DNA of 64,000 nucleotides, from the NCBI GenBank assembly GCA_050613775.1, contig JBODTK010000105.1, positions 372,001-436,000 on the forward strand, read 5' to 3'. Position numbers and translations under genes: made by a program. This document shows, in pieces, positions 26,830-39,582 of the stretch. The DNA is from Neocallimastix sp. 'constans' (lineage: Eukaryota). Position 1 is the stretch's first letter, and each line of letters begins with the position of its first letter. The notes beneath the pieces were generated by a model. The model made no database searches. It saw only the letters and a program-made list of their open reading frames with translations, and was not told the origin of the DNA.

Positions 26830-27490
26830 CCTGCCAGAACCTGGTAAAATAGCTGAAAATAATTATGATTTTAATAAATCCAGAAATATATTAATGGTTT
26901 AAACATATACTGAATTTTATCATTTTCACTCATATCATAATTGGCGGTTTTAAACTTATTAAAAATATTTAACATATTAGATAAACATTTTAAAACTTCC
27001 ATATTGTTTCAAGGCTTCATAATTTTCAGTTACTTAATTAATTTTTCAACAATAAGTTCATCTGCTTCTTGGTTTATCTCTTCCAATTTCTTGATCATGC
27101 TATGAGCAGATTCCGAATCCTCAATATCTTCATAAATTGATTCATATAAAGACTGGTGATGATAGCAATAACTTTCGAATTATTTTTATTAATTTTCCAA
27201 AAGTTTTCAAGGTCTTTATCGGCTTCATTAAAAATATTGGAAGTGACATAATGAGAGAGGTCTTTAGCTTTTAAAATGTTAATATATAACTTTTTCTACA
27301 TTTTGAAGTTGGAACCAGTATAAATGAAAAAGTCAGGGCTGTCATTCATTTTCAAATTGAGACTCTTAATCTATTAAAGAATTTTTATTAATTAATATTT
27401 ATTATTTATAGAATATAAATAATTGTTTAACAAAGATTTAAAATACAAATGAAATTACATGTTGTTATATAATCGTAGCTTGTTCTAGAT
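26830..27490 (-). mobile_element. Copia fragment G2: LTR end, PBS and gag
   Basis: MNDSPDFFIYTGSNFKM*KK...ILKAKDLSHY...SAHSMIKKL resembles copia gag. Shares the 14-nt PBS (27358-27371) with element G. Confidence 0.7.
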
Positions 27491-27499
27491 ACATATTAA

Positions 27500-30400
27500 T
27501 TCATATTTAATTTATAAGTACTTAATATAATTTAATTTAATATTTTATTAAACTTAAGCTAGAAATTTAATTCTGATCCATAAAACCTTCTTAATACATT
27601 CAGATGTACTTATATATTCAGCTTCGGCGGTAGATGTAGCAACAATAGATTGTTTTTTACTTGTCCAACAAATAGGATTATTGCCCATCAAAATAATATT
27701 TCCAGATGTAGACTTTCTATCCTTTACATCTCCAGCCAAATCTGCATCAGTATATCCATTTATTTCGCCTTTACCATCATAGCATATTTTATATTTTTTA
27801 GTTGTATTTAAATATTTTAGTATGTGGGTAACCTTTATCCAATCTGTTATTGTAGGTTTTTCCAGAGATTCTTGCGGCCTTTCCAACAGCGAAAGATATA
27901 TATGGGCGTGTACATTTTGCTAAATAGATTAAAGAGCCAATTGCACTTTTATAAGTAGTTACGTCAGATGGTTTTTTGTTTTTTCCTTTAGTATTATCTC
28001 CTTCACATGGAGTATTTGTTTTTTGTTGTGTACTTTAAATTAAATGTTTCTAATAATTTTACTATAAAACCTTCTTGAGAAATATAACATTTATTCTTTA
28101 TCAATTTTAATATCTAAAATATAATTAATTGGTTCTACTTTTGATACTTTAAAATTATTTTTAATAATATTAACTATTCTTTTAATTTCTTTATCTTCAC
28201 CAGTAATTACCATATCATCAACTTATAAACCAATAATGCCCAATAGTTTATTTTTAATTATTCTTTTAAAAATACATTTTTCCGAAATGAGTTGATGATA
28301 ACCATTGTTTACCAAAAATTTTGTGATAGTAATGTTCCACTGCCGTCCGGATTGCTTAAGTCCATATAAGGCTTTATTCAACTTCCAATATCCTTTTCCA
28401 AAATTAGGGTCACAGTCACCTGGCGGAATAGTAGTATATATATATGTCCTTATCCAAATGTGCATTTAAATATACAGCTTTTATATAATTGAATCATATT
28501 CCATTTAAATTTAGAAGCTAAAGCAATGATTAATTTTAATCCATCGATATTTAATGTAGGGGAGTAAGTTAAGTCAAAATCGATACCTTTTCTTTGTTTA
28601 AATCCTCTAGCCACTACACAAGCCTTTCTTTTGACAACTTTATTGTCTGGACTAATTATGTTAGTAAATACCCACTTTGAAATTAAATTTTTTTAGGGAC
28701 AAATATGACGAATGAAAAAATTTTATTGTTATATAAATTATTTAATTCAACATTAATTGCCTTTTCCCATTCTAAGTGGTCTTTATAATTTATTGCTTCA
28801 TAATAATTTAAAGGAATATTTGTAATTATATTAGCAATAAATTTATTAGAAAAATCATTAGTATTTAAAGTATTTGAATTATTACTATTTTTATTTAAAA
28901 CTTTGTAATGTTTATGTTTATTATTACAAGAATGTTTTTTGTATATTTTTCTTTTGAATAGAGAAATATGAGAATTAATAAAAGGATTTTTATTAGGTTT
29001 ATAGAATTTATTTTTATTAAGAATGTCTCTTATTTTTGAATAATTTTGTGTAATCTTCTCTTGACTTTTATTATTTATAATTAAAGTTCTGTGGCCTTTG
29101 AGAGGGATTTGTTTATTTTTGTTTATAATATTATTGTTATTATTTTCATTTTCAATAGTTTTGTTCTCCTGTATATTAATATTTGATTCATTTGAATGGA
29201 AATTTAAATTTCTATTTAAATTTAATTTATTTATTATATGATCATTATTATTTGGTATATTATCCATATAATTATTGCGTAGTATGATATTATTATTATT
29301 TATATCAATATTCATATTATTCGTATTATTTAGGTTAGATTGATTATTATTTAAGGTTTCATTATTAATTAAATTTTTATTGAATAAATTATTATTAAAA
29401 TTATTTTGAGTATAATTAATATCATCAAAATTATTTAAACTTTCATTAATTAAATTTTTATTAACATGATTTTAATTATTATAATAAATATTTGAAGAAC
29501 TTGAAGAATTATTATTATTATTTAAATCATAATTATTAGAGTTTAAATTAAAATTATTTTGATTTTCATTTATTCCATTGTTAAAAATTAAATTATTTGA
29601 ATTTGAATATAAATTATTTTCATTATTAATATTTTGATTATTAGATAATATATTATTATTATTTAGTGAACTTAAATCATTATTGTGAATATTCAATTTA
29701 GGATTATTAAGGTTTTTATGATAAATATTAATTTTTGAACTTAATCTATTATTATTTTGATTCATATTAATAGAACCATCATAATTTAAATTATTATTAT
29801 TTTGTTTTCCATCATTTTTTATGTCAAAATCGTTCAATTTTTTATTAAAATTTTTTTCGCCATTTTTTGAAAAATTATCTTCTTCATTACCATCAACTGA
29901 GTAGAAATCGCGCTGTCTCCATTATTATTAGAGATAATGTTGATATTATTGTCTTTTTTATTGTTAACTCTAGTGTCGGGATTATTATTTTCTTTAATAA
30001 TATCATTTTTATATTGTTTAGTGTTGATATTGTCATTATTTATAGGTGTAATGTCTGAAATATTTTTATTGTTTTCTGAATTATTTTTAATTATTTTTTG
30101 AGTTATTTTTATTAATTTCTGAATTATTTCCATTATTATTTGGGAAATAAAAATCTTTATTGATTGTAGAATATTTGCTGAAATTAAAGTCAAATTTTAA
30201 AAATGTTGGGTAATCATTTTTATCTGCAGCTGAATTAGATAAAGAAATATTTGCAGGTTCATCTTCAATGCAAAGTATTTCTCTGACAGAACGTAGATTA
30301 TAATTATTGAAATCCATAATTAAATTACTGAGTTTTTTTTCGTCAAATCCAAGAAAAATTCCTTTATTAGAGTTAGAATGAAATTTGCTTTTGTTTTGAT

Positions 30401-32451
30401 CATAAATTTTGTAATAAACTATACAACCAAAAGTTCTTAAATGGTCTAATTTAACTTTGCGGTTGTAAAAACATTCATCAGGAACATTGTTATTAGAAAT
30501 TTGATGAGGTGTTTTATTGTATAAATAGTTTCCATAAGTAATTGCGTAGTCCCAGAAATTTTCTGATAGTTTACTCAAGGAAAGCTGAGTTTTGGTACAT
30601 GAAATTAAGGTTTGGTTAAATCTCTCCACTATTCCATTGTTTTCTGGGTTATAAGGTGGCGAATAAATTTTTGCAATGACATTATCTTCACAAAAAGAAA
30701 TAATTCTTTTGTTTTTATATTCCCTGGCATTGTCAGATTTAAAAATTTTTACTTTTTTGTCATTAAATAAATTATTTAAATATTTTAAAAATTTAATGAT
30801 ATCAATGGCTTCGCTTTTCCTTTTCATAAGGAAAATCCAACTTTTATGAGATTTTTCATCAATAAACGTTATAACAAATCTCATTCCATTAATAGAATCA
30901 TTTATGGGAATATCAGAATGAATAACCTCAAGAATATCACTTGCTTTTGGCATTTCTTTATTTTGAGGTTTTCTTTTCATTTTATATATTTTACGGTCAA
31001 TACATAATGGTTCTTTAATATTATGTAAATTTAAATAATTATCTATGTTTTCAATATAATAATGGCCAAGCCTTCTGTGCCATATTAATTTACTATCATA
31101 ATTTAATTTATTTATATTGAAGATATAATTTTTAATATTTTGTTTTGTTTTATCATTATGTATAGCAGTGAAAAAAATTTCATTATTATTATTAGAGTGA
31201 AAAGTTCCGATAGTATTATTATTTTTATCTATTAATGTGAGTTTAACTCTATCAGACCTTTCAGTTAAAGCTTTAATGTCTATTTTGGCAAGTTCAATGC
31301 CACTAATAATATTCCTAGAAACTTCTTTGGAATATAATAAACGTTTTAAAACGATTTTATGACTATTAATAAAAAAATGGAATTCACCATGACCTTCAAA
31401 AACGCAAGAAGAGTTATTTGCGCATTTTAAAATACATTTCTCTTCTTTATAATTTATTAACAAACTTTTATCATTGGTTAGATGTTCTCCAGCACCAGAA
31501 TCATATAACCAACTAGATTTATTATATTTATTCATCAATAAAACACCAGAATTTTTAAAAATGAACATAATTTATATAAGATTTAAAATATTTATCTTTA
31601 TTTAAGTTTTTATTTTGAAATACATGTAATTTGTTATATTTATTATTATTATTATTTAACTCTTGTTTATCCTCAAGGAACATGAATTTTATATCTTCAA
31701 AATCTACATTACAATTATAATAATTGTTAAAGTCGTGTTTAGAAATATTTCCGGGGAATTTATATTCTTTTATATTATTGTTTTTATAGTTTTTACTATA
31801 GTTATTTTTATATTTGTTATTTTTATTTTTATTAAAATAATTATTATTTTTATCAATTGAACACTTATTTAACATTTGTGTAAATTTGCTATTTTTATTT
31901 TTTAAGTTGTACCAACACTCCTTTGTACTGTGATTAGTTTTTTTCATAAATAGAGCAATATTATTTTTATAATTGTTTTTATTTTTGATGGCTATTTTTC
32001 TTACTTGGTCTATTTCCATGGGATCATCATCTCTGTTATCATAACTCCAACTTTTAATATAAGATCTTTTCTTCAGGTCGGCATCAATTTTGTTATAAAG
32101 AGAATCAAGAGTTTTGTTTTGAAATTCTGTGGTTATTGAGTCAAACCAAAATATGTAATTATGTTCCTTTTAGAACAATTAATGATTTTTCTTTATTCAT
32201 TTTGTATTAATTAATAATATTATCTCAATATTTGTTTGAGACTCTTAATCTGTCAACTGACTATCTCCGGTAGTATCTCGAGAGATAATAAAGTTTAAAA
32301 TAATTTATTTATTTATTTATTTATTTTATATTTTATATTTTAAAAAGAGTCATCATTACATAAATTTATTTCATAGATTATTTTATACATGAATACATAA
32401 ATCTATACTAATGTATAAATCACATATTATAAATTTCCTATTCTATTAACA
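27500..32451 (-). mobile_element. Element G: Ty1/copia retrotransposon, 3'-truncated, gag partly deleted
   Basis: Order PR (WLYDSGA) - WHRRLGH - integrase (IHSD, KSDNAREY, NGIVER) - RT (ALYGLKQSGRQW) - RNase H (YTDADLAGD..RKSTSG). Putative LTR 32251-32451 (TGTCAA...TTAACA). Confidence 0.9.
32237..32250 (-). promoter_or_regulatory. Copia PBS complementary to the anticodon arm of tRNA-Lys(CUU)
   Basis: GATTAAGAGTCTCA abuts the LTR end. Its complement TGAGACTCTTAATC matches the conserved Lys-CTT anticodon stem-loop. Confidence 0.75.
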
Positions 32452-33384
32452 GATATTTAAAAAATAATATATTGAATATTGATAAAAAGATTAGGATATT
32501 AATAATTTAAATAAAATAATTATCAGTAAAATAATAGAATAATTTTATTGTTCTGGATGAATAATGTATAAATTTATTTTAAAAGATATTAATAAATAAT
32601 ATCTTTTAAACTTGAATTGTACTAAATCTTAAATATGGATAGGTATAAATATAGACAAATATTCCAAAAAATGATTAATAATCTAACCCTTTTCTAGTAA
32701 AATTATTTCATAAAATAAGAAAACAAATAAATAATAAGTAATAAATCTTTAAATATTTAAAAATGAAACTTTTGAATAAATAATTTAAAGAGAAATTTTA
32801 AAACTTTAATAAATAAAAAAAATATTTTATTATATATATTATTAAATAAAATATTAATAAAATTAAAAGAAAAATTATTTCTATTTTTTATTATCTACAT
32901 TGTAGAAATAAGATCTTTTATAAATGCTAAAATCCAAAATAATATTGGCTTCAATGAAAAAAGCTCATAAGTGTTGTACGATGTAGTAGACCTGAATGTG
33001 AATGGCTGGGTGGTAGTTGAAAAGAGTGCTTCATACAATATTATTACTACAACCCTCTTAATTGTATATATAATCATAGCAGAAAAAGTATTTTGTGAAT
33101 TGTTTAGACGAAGCAACAAAAACATTAAATAAAAATATTTATAGAATTAAAGGAGATGTTGATTTTTCATAATTGTAACATAAATAGTATTGATAAATTA
33201 TTTTAACAGTAATCATTATTATCCAAGATCAGCAAGCTATTATGGTAAAATACTTTTAAGTACAGGTTGGCCACTTAGTAATGATCATATTACTATCTTT
33301 GTACATAATACATTTATTTTGAAACTTAAGGACTGGTGTGAATTAAAATTGAAAGAAAAGAATTAGACGGTTACTTACGACTTT

Positions 33385-33545
33385 ATATTATTGATTATTT
33401 CATAAAATAGGTTGAGGCAAAAGCAATTCCTAACATGAAATCAGAAATGGTTATTAAATTTCTTACAGAAGTGTTCTATAAAGAAAAGAACCTCATGAGA
33501 TAATATCAAGATAATGAAAGTTCATTCATTTCCGATATAAATAAA
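33385..33545 (+). pseudogene. Gypsy integrase relic, part 2
   Basis: IIDYFIK*VEAKAIPNMKSEMVIKFLTEVF...DNESSFISD. Confidence 0.7.
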
Positions 33546-34616
33546 ATTGTGATAGTTATAGTTTTGGTTCATTATTTCTTTTAGTTGTCAACTATTTTAT
33601 TTATTTAAATAAATAAAATTAAATATTAAATATTATAAAATATATAAATTAAAAAATGTCATTAAAAATAAGAAGGAAGTGTTGCATTTCGACATAATTT
33701 ATGATTGATCATTTATTCATGTATTACAATGTGGCTTGTAAAATTAAATGAATAGGGTAGGGTTAAATTTTTTTTTAAAATTTAATTTTATTAACATTTA
33801 TAGTAAAAAAAATAAATAATAAAGTAAAATAAAAAATAAAAAAAATAAAGTATAAAATAAAAAAAAAAAAAAGAATAAAGTAAAATAAGATAAAAAAATA
33901 GATTAAAACAAAAAAATTTTTAATATATTTGATATTAATAAAAGATTATAAGAATATTTAATAATAATTTTTATTATATTAGATATTAATAAAAGATTTT
34001 TAATAAGAATATTTAATAATAATTTTTATTGTAATTGATAAAGAATTATTATAAAATTATATAAATTTTATGAAAATGTAAACAAACAAAATGTATACCA
34101 AATATATGAAATGAAATTAATGTAGTTTAATAATGTATTTAAAGTTTATTTTATATTATTTTATATTAATTAATTTATATTATTTTTATATAAATTATTA
34201 TTGTATTATTATATTAATATTATAAACTTAAATTATTATGAAAATTATAGTATAAAAATTTAATTAAGAAATAATTTAGAAAAGTAGACTTTATTAAAAA
34301 AAAAGAAAAAGAGAAAATAAATAATAAAAGTCCAGTTGTATATTATTTTATAATAAATAAAATAAATACATAAACAAAAATATATTTTTTTAGTTATATT
34401 AAAGAGAATATAACTAAAATATAAAATAATTAATTTTATTTAATTATTTATTAAAAATAGTTTTGTGTTAATAAAAAGTTTATTTTTATATAATAAAATA
34501 AACAAATAAATTTTTATTAATAAAAGTTGTTAAAAACTTCTTATCTAACGTTAAGAACTAAAAGACAACTTTCAGCATAAACATTTTATATTTATTATTA
34601 TAATTTGTTTATCAAT

Positions 34617-34647
34617 TGGTGGAGATATCGTTGATCGAACCCGAGGC
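34617..34647 (+). promoter_or_regulatory. Extended tRNA-Ala primer-binding site
   Basis: TGGTGGAGATATCGttGATCGAACCCGAGGC is antisense to a tRNA acceptor end and continues through the T-arm (GGTTCGATC). Confidence 0.75.
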
Positions 34648-34657
34648 TTCTTCTTCA

Positions 34658-37600
34658 ATGAAAGATGACACTTTGAATCCTTTAAATTGTAATAGCGATT
34701 TAATAAACCATATATTTGTTACAAACAAAGTAGATATTGCAACAGTTCTAGGTTCCGTTGACAATACTTCTGCTAAAGTTTTAATTGATACTGGATCTAA
34801 TGTGAATGCCATTAATATTTCTTTTTATAAAAAAATAGAAAAAAATCATAAATTAATTACAAAAAATATTGCTTATTTTAAATTAGCCTGTAATCAAATT
34901 ATTTCTTCAAATAACGTTACTTTTCTTTCACTAAAATTTGGTAACTTAACAATTAACACTATGTTCTGGATATTAAATGACGAAGATATGTGTTATGATA
35001 TTATTCTAGGTAGACGTTCTCAAAAAGAACACAGACTATACATCGATCCTGATGACGATTGTTTATATAAGAAAAATGATAATGGAGCTACTTGTGTTGC
35101 TACACCAACTAACATTCCAGAGAATGAAAACGTCATAGCAAAAATTTCTTTATTTTATGATATAAAAAATGATTTTCTTTTTCATCCAAAATTAAAAAAT
35201 TTAATAAAAGAATTTGACGATATTTTGATTAATTCTATTGATAATATAAAGGTAGCTAACGCTGAACCACACTGTATACCCTTACTTAAAAATACACCTA
35301 TTAAATTAAGACCATACAAAATTTCTTTGGATCAATCAATAGCTTTAAAAAAGGAAATAATTAAATTATTAAAACATAAAAAAATTATTCCCTCTCATTC
35401 TCCTTGGGCTTTTCCAGTTATTTTAGTCAAAAAGAAAAATGGAGAATGGCGTATGTGCATCGATTACAGGAAATTAAACGAAATAACTATTAAAGATGCC
35501 TACGCCCTACCCTTCATTGATGAATTATTAGAATCAGTCCATGGTGCACATGTTTTTTCCGCCTTAGATTTGTTTTCGGGGTATCATCAGATACCTATGA
35601 ATCCTGAAGACGTTGATAAAACTTCTTTTACTACCAAATTTGGAAATTACAGTTTCGTAGTTATGTCTTTTGGTTTAACCAATGCCCCTGCTTCATTTCA
35701 ACGTGAAATGAACAGAATACTTATGCCATTAATTGGTAAATGCGTTTTTGTTTATTTAGATGATATTGTTGTGTACTCACCTACTTTTGAACAACATTTA
35801 ATTGATTTAAAGCATGTTTTTACAATTTTAAGGGAAAATAAATTTTCTGTAAATATTGACAAATGTAAAATTTGCCGAAATTCCGTTGAAGTACTTGGTC
35901 ATGTTTTAACTGATGAAGGTTTAAAACCCATGCCTTGTAAAATCTTTGCTATTTCCTCATGGAAAATTCCTTCAAACATTTCGCAACTACAATCATTTTT
36001 AGGCCTTGTAGGTTATTACAGGAAATTTATTCCTAATTTTGCTGCTATTTCAAATATTTTATATAAATTAACAAGTTCTAAAGTTAAATTTATTTGGACT
36101 GAAGATCATACATACGCTTTTAACCTCTTACGTGACTCATTATGTCATCAACCTATTCTCAAATATCCTGATCCTAATTTACCTTTTATCATTCGTACTG
36201 ATGCTTCTTCCTATGCTGTTGGTGTTGTTTTATTACAATTTTCGGAATCCAATAATAAAGAATTTCCTATTTATTTTCATAGTCGTTGTCTTAAAAAGGC
36301 CGAAATTAACTATTCTGTTACTGAAAAAGAAGGAATTGCTGTTATCTTTGCTCTCAAGAAATTTCGACCATATATTTCCGCTTCTCCTTTTACTGTCAAA
36401 TTATATACTGACCATAAACCTCTTTTAGGTTATTTTAAATCTAGTATTCCCTCAAGTGATAGACACATCCGTTGGATTTCTATCTTCAACGAATTTAAAG
36501 TTGATCTTTTATATGAAAAAGGTAAAAATAACATATTCGCTGATGCTTTGTCTCGCCTTCCTTCGGGTAATGTTTTAACAATCAACTCGATTGTTAATAT
36601 CTCTAATGTTAATAACCCTCTCTCTGATAATATTCCTTCTCCCATTTTAAACTATGTGAAGAAAAACTACTCTTTTGTTAATGGTAAATTAGTCTTTAAA
36701 GATAAGTCTGACAAAGTTTTAGAAGTTATAGAAGATGATTCGCTTAAACATGATATCGTTGTTAAAGCTCATCTTGTCGGCCATGAGGGTGTATCTAAAA
36801 CTTTGGCTCGTATCAAAGAATGTTACTATTGGCCTGGTCTTAAATCTGATGTTGAAAAAGTAGTTAAAACATGCTTAAAATGCCAATGTTATAGACCCTC
36901 CCCAATTCCAAAGTCCACTTCTATCATTCCTACACAAGTAGAAAGACCTTTTGTCAGAGTTGGACTTGATATTGTTGGTCCTTTAACTACAACTGAAAAT
37001 GGTAACAAGTTTATTATAGTTTTAATTGATTATTTTACAAAATGGATAGAAGCTAAAGCAACAAGTACTATTGAAGCTACTGATGTTATTAAGTTCCTTC
37101 AAGAAGTCTTTTCAAGACATGGCCTTCCCGAAATAATAATTACGGATAATGGAAGACAATTTATTTTTGACATTACAAAAGCCATGGTAGATCTTTACGG
37201 TTCCTGGATTCGTTTTATAAGTCCTCGTCATCCTGAAGCGAACGGACAAGTAGAGAATGCTAATAGAGAAATTGTCAAGGTTCTTAGACACCTTTGCGAA
37301 CAGCAAGTTAAATGGGATGAATGCCTTCCTTCAGCGTTATGGGCTTTGAGAACTTCCAAATCAAGTGTTACGGGTTTCGGTAGTTTTGAATTACTATACG
37401 GTAGAAGAGATCTTTGGCCTTTAAGTGTTACCCTTCCTGACTTAGATAGAGAAGAAAATGAAAGTGACCTTGAATATAATCTAAGACGTTTTGTTAGACA
37501 TCAAGAATGGGTCAAAGAGGCCATAACTAATATTCAGTATGCTCATTCATATTGGTTAGAAAGATCAAAGTCCGCTTTTAATATATTACAAAAGTATAAA

Positions 37601-37759
37601 CCTGGAGATTTAGTCTTGGTAAGATATATATCGAGGAAAAAGTTAGATCCTTTCTTTATTGGACCCTTTAAAGTATTAAAAGCATCAAAATATAATACTC
37701 TAGTTTTACAATCTTTGAAAGATAACCAAATATTAGAAATATACATATCAAAGATGTAA
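34658..37759 (+). CDS. pol: B Pol polyprotein (protease-RT-RNase H-integrase), 1033 aa from first ATG; probable frameshift in the last ~15 codons
   Basis: LIDTGS, YLDD, RTDAS/TDHKPL, H-x3-H...CLKC, GLD/TDNG/NGQVE, GPF. An alternative frame at the end reads NIHIKDVKPY, like the 58229 paralog. Confidence 0.93.
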   Translation: MKDDTLNPLNCNSDLINHIFVTNKVDIATVLGSVDNTSAKVLIDTGSNVNAINISFYKKIEKNHKLITKNIAYFKLACNQIISSNNVTFLSLKFGNLTINTMFWILNDEDMCYDIILGRRSQKEHRLYIDPDDDCLYKKNDNGATCVATPTNIPENENVIAKISLFYDIKNDFLFHPKLKNLIKEFDDILINSIDNIKVANAEPHCIPLLKNTPIKLRPYKISLDQSIALKKEIIKLLKHKKIIPSHSPWAFPVILVKKKNGEWRMCIDYRKLNEITIKDAYALPFIDELLESVHGAHVFSALDLFSGYHQIPMNPEDVDKTSFTTKFGNYSFVVMSFGLTNAPASFQREMNRILMPLIGKCVFVYLDDIVVYSPTFEQHLIDLKHVFTILRENKFSVNIDKCKICRNSVEVLGHVLTDEGLKPMPCKIFAISSWKIPSNISQLQSFLGLVGYYRKFIPNFAAISNILYKLTSSKVKFIWTEDHTYAFNLLRDSLCHQPILKYPDPNLPFIIRTDASSYAVGVVLLQFSESNNKEFPIYFHSRCLKKAEINYSVTEKEGIAVIFALKKFRPYISASPFTVKLYTDHKPLLGYFKSSIPSSDRHIRWISIFNEFKVDLLYEKGKNNIFADALSRLPSGNVLTINSIVNISNVNNPLSDNIPSPILNYVKKNYSFVNGKLVFKDKSDKVLEVIEDDSLKHDIVVKAHLVGHEGVSKTLARIKECYYWPGLKSDVEKVVKTCLKCQCYRPSPIPKSTSIIPTQVERPFVRVGLDIVGPLTTTENGNKFIIVLIDYFTKWIEAKATSTIEATDVIKFLQEVFSRHGLPEIIITDNGRQFIFDITKAMVDLYGSWIRFISPRHPEANGQVENANREIVKVLRHLCEQQVKWDECLPSALWALRTSKSSVTGFGSFELLYGRRDLWPLSVTLPDLDREENESDLEYNLRRFVRHQEWVKEAITNIQYAHSYWLERSKSAFNILQKYKPGDLVLVRYISRKKLDPFFIGPFKVLKASKYNTLVLQSLKDNQILEIYISKM

Positions 37760-37966
37760 AACCATACTTATTATCAATTTAAGTTACACAAAATTTTTAT
37801 GTTGATCCAAGGAAATATTCTCTTTTAAAAAAAAAAAAAAAAAATTTTTCCTTTAGTAAAAATTTAATTATAAATTAAAATTAAAAATTTATTACTTCAT
37901 TAATCAAAGAAATTTATAAGATTAAAAAGAAAAATTTTCCTAACTTTAACAATTATTTAAAAGTCC

Positions 37967-38014
<48 letters not shown>

Positions 38015-39224
38015 GCCTTTATATAATATTGATTCATTTTTTCTTTTATTTTTTTTTATAAACTATAAAATTTAATAATTTTATTAACACTTTATTCCTT
38101 TTATTCAGATATCTCTAAAGCGATATCTTAAGGGAGGAAGTCTTGATAAAGAATTATTATAAAATTATAAATTTTATGAAAATGTAAACAAACAAAATGT
38201 ATACCAAATGTATGAAATGAAATTAATGTAGTTTAATAATGTATTTAAAGTTTATTTTATTTTATTTTATATTAATTAATTTATATTATTTTTATATATT
38301 ATGATATAAAACGTAAATAAAAACTTTAATTATTAATAAATTATTTTATTAATAATTACATAAAAATAAATTAATAAATCATTTGCAAACTCGTGATATA
38401 AATAAAACGTGATCGAAAATAACGTGAGAAAATTAAAATTATGTAAAGACATAAAATTATGAAAGAACATAAAAATTAATGTAAACATAAAATTTATGTA
38501 ATAAATTTTATGTTATGTTAAAAAATTGAAATAATTTATAAATTTCTTTTTATTATTTTTATTATTTTTATATTTAATATTTTATTTTATTATATTTTTA
38601 ATTATTTTAATAATTATTATTTTATATTAATATTTAATTATAATAAATTTATATTTTTATTAATATTTTATGAATATTTTATATTTTATTTTATACTTTT
38701 ATATTAAATACTTTAAATACTTAATAGTTACTCTAAAAGAATTAATTAATTAATTAAATAGTTTATTATGAATTTCAAATATAAAAACAAGAATAATTCT
38801 TTATAATTATTCTTTGCAGCACAATTTTATGCCAAATTTATATTATAATTATTTTATATTTTCAAGATAAATATTAAATACATGTATTAATTAATTTTAT
38901 AATTATTTTTAAATAAATAAATAAATTTTATAATTAAATAACTACTTAAATAAAACTTCTCCCAACAAGAGAACTTGAACCAAAGGCGTACTTTATCATT
39001 TTGGTGGAGATATCGGTTCTCTTAGAGGAGGAGAAGAATATAATTATTTCCAATAATTATTTTAAAAAAAAAAAAAATTAATAAAAAAAAAAAAAAAATT
39101 TTTAATGAGAATTTTATAATAAAAATATAATTTTTAATTTTCTTAAAAAAAACGCATATTTCAAAAATTTAAAAATTAATTTTAAAAATTAATTTTATAA
39201 AAATATTTTTTTTTTTTTTAAATT

Positions 39225-39266
39225 GAATAGTATTTTATAAATAAATATATCATATATATATTTATA

Positions 39267-39307
<41 letters not shown>

Positions 39308-39550
39308 ATTAATCGTATTATATATAAATATATTGTATAATATATTTATATAAATTTATTAAAAGAATTGATTATATAGTATTATATATAAATATATTGT
39401 AATATATATTTATATTATTTTATTAAAAAAATTAATTATATAATATTATATATAAATATATTGTAATATATATTTATATAAATTTATTAAAAGAGTTGAT
39501 TAAATAGTATTATATATATAAATATATTTTAATATATGTTTATATTTATT
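39225..39550 (+). repeat. Degenerate ~57-bp tandem repeats in the leader of C
   Basis: Recurring TAGTATTATATATAAATATATTGTAATATATATTTATA...TTATTAAAA, about five copies. Confidence 0.7.
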
Positions 39551-39582
39551 AAAAAAAAAAAAAAAAAAAAAAAAAATTTTTT

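Noticed and set aside
34617..34650. tRNA gene on the minus strand
   Set aside because: Only the 3' ~31 nt with encoded CCA is present; no D- or anticodon arm. It is a PBS.
37950..38011. Poly-A tail of a LINE/SINE insertion
   Set aside because: Long A-runs are common throughout the window; no TSD or element body.
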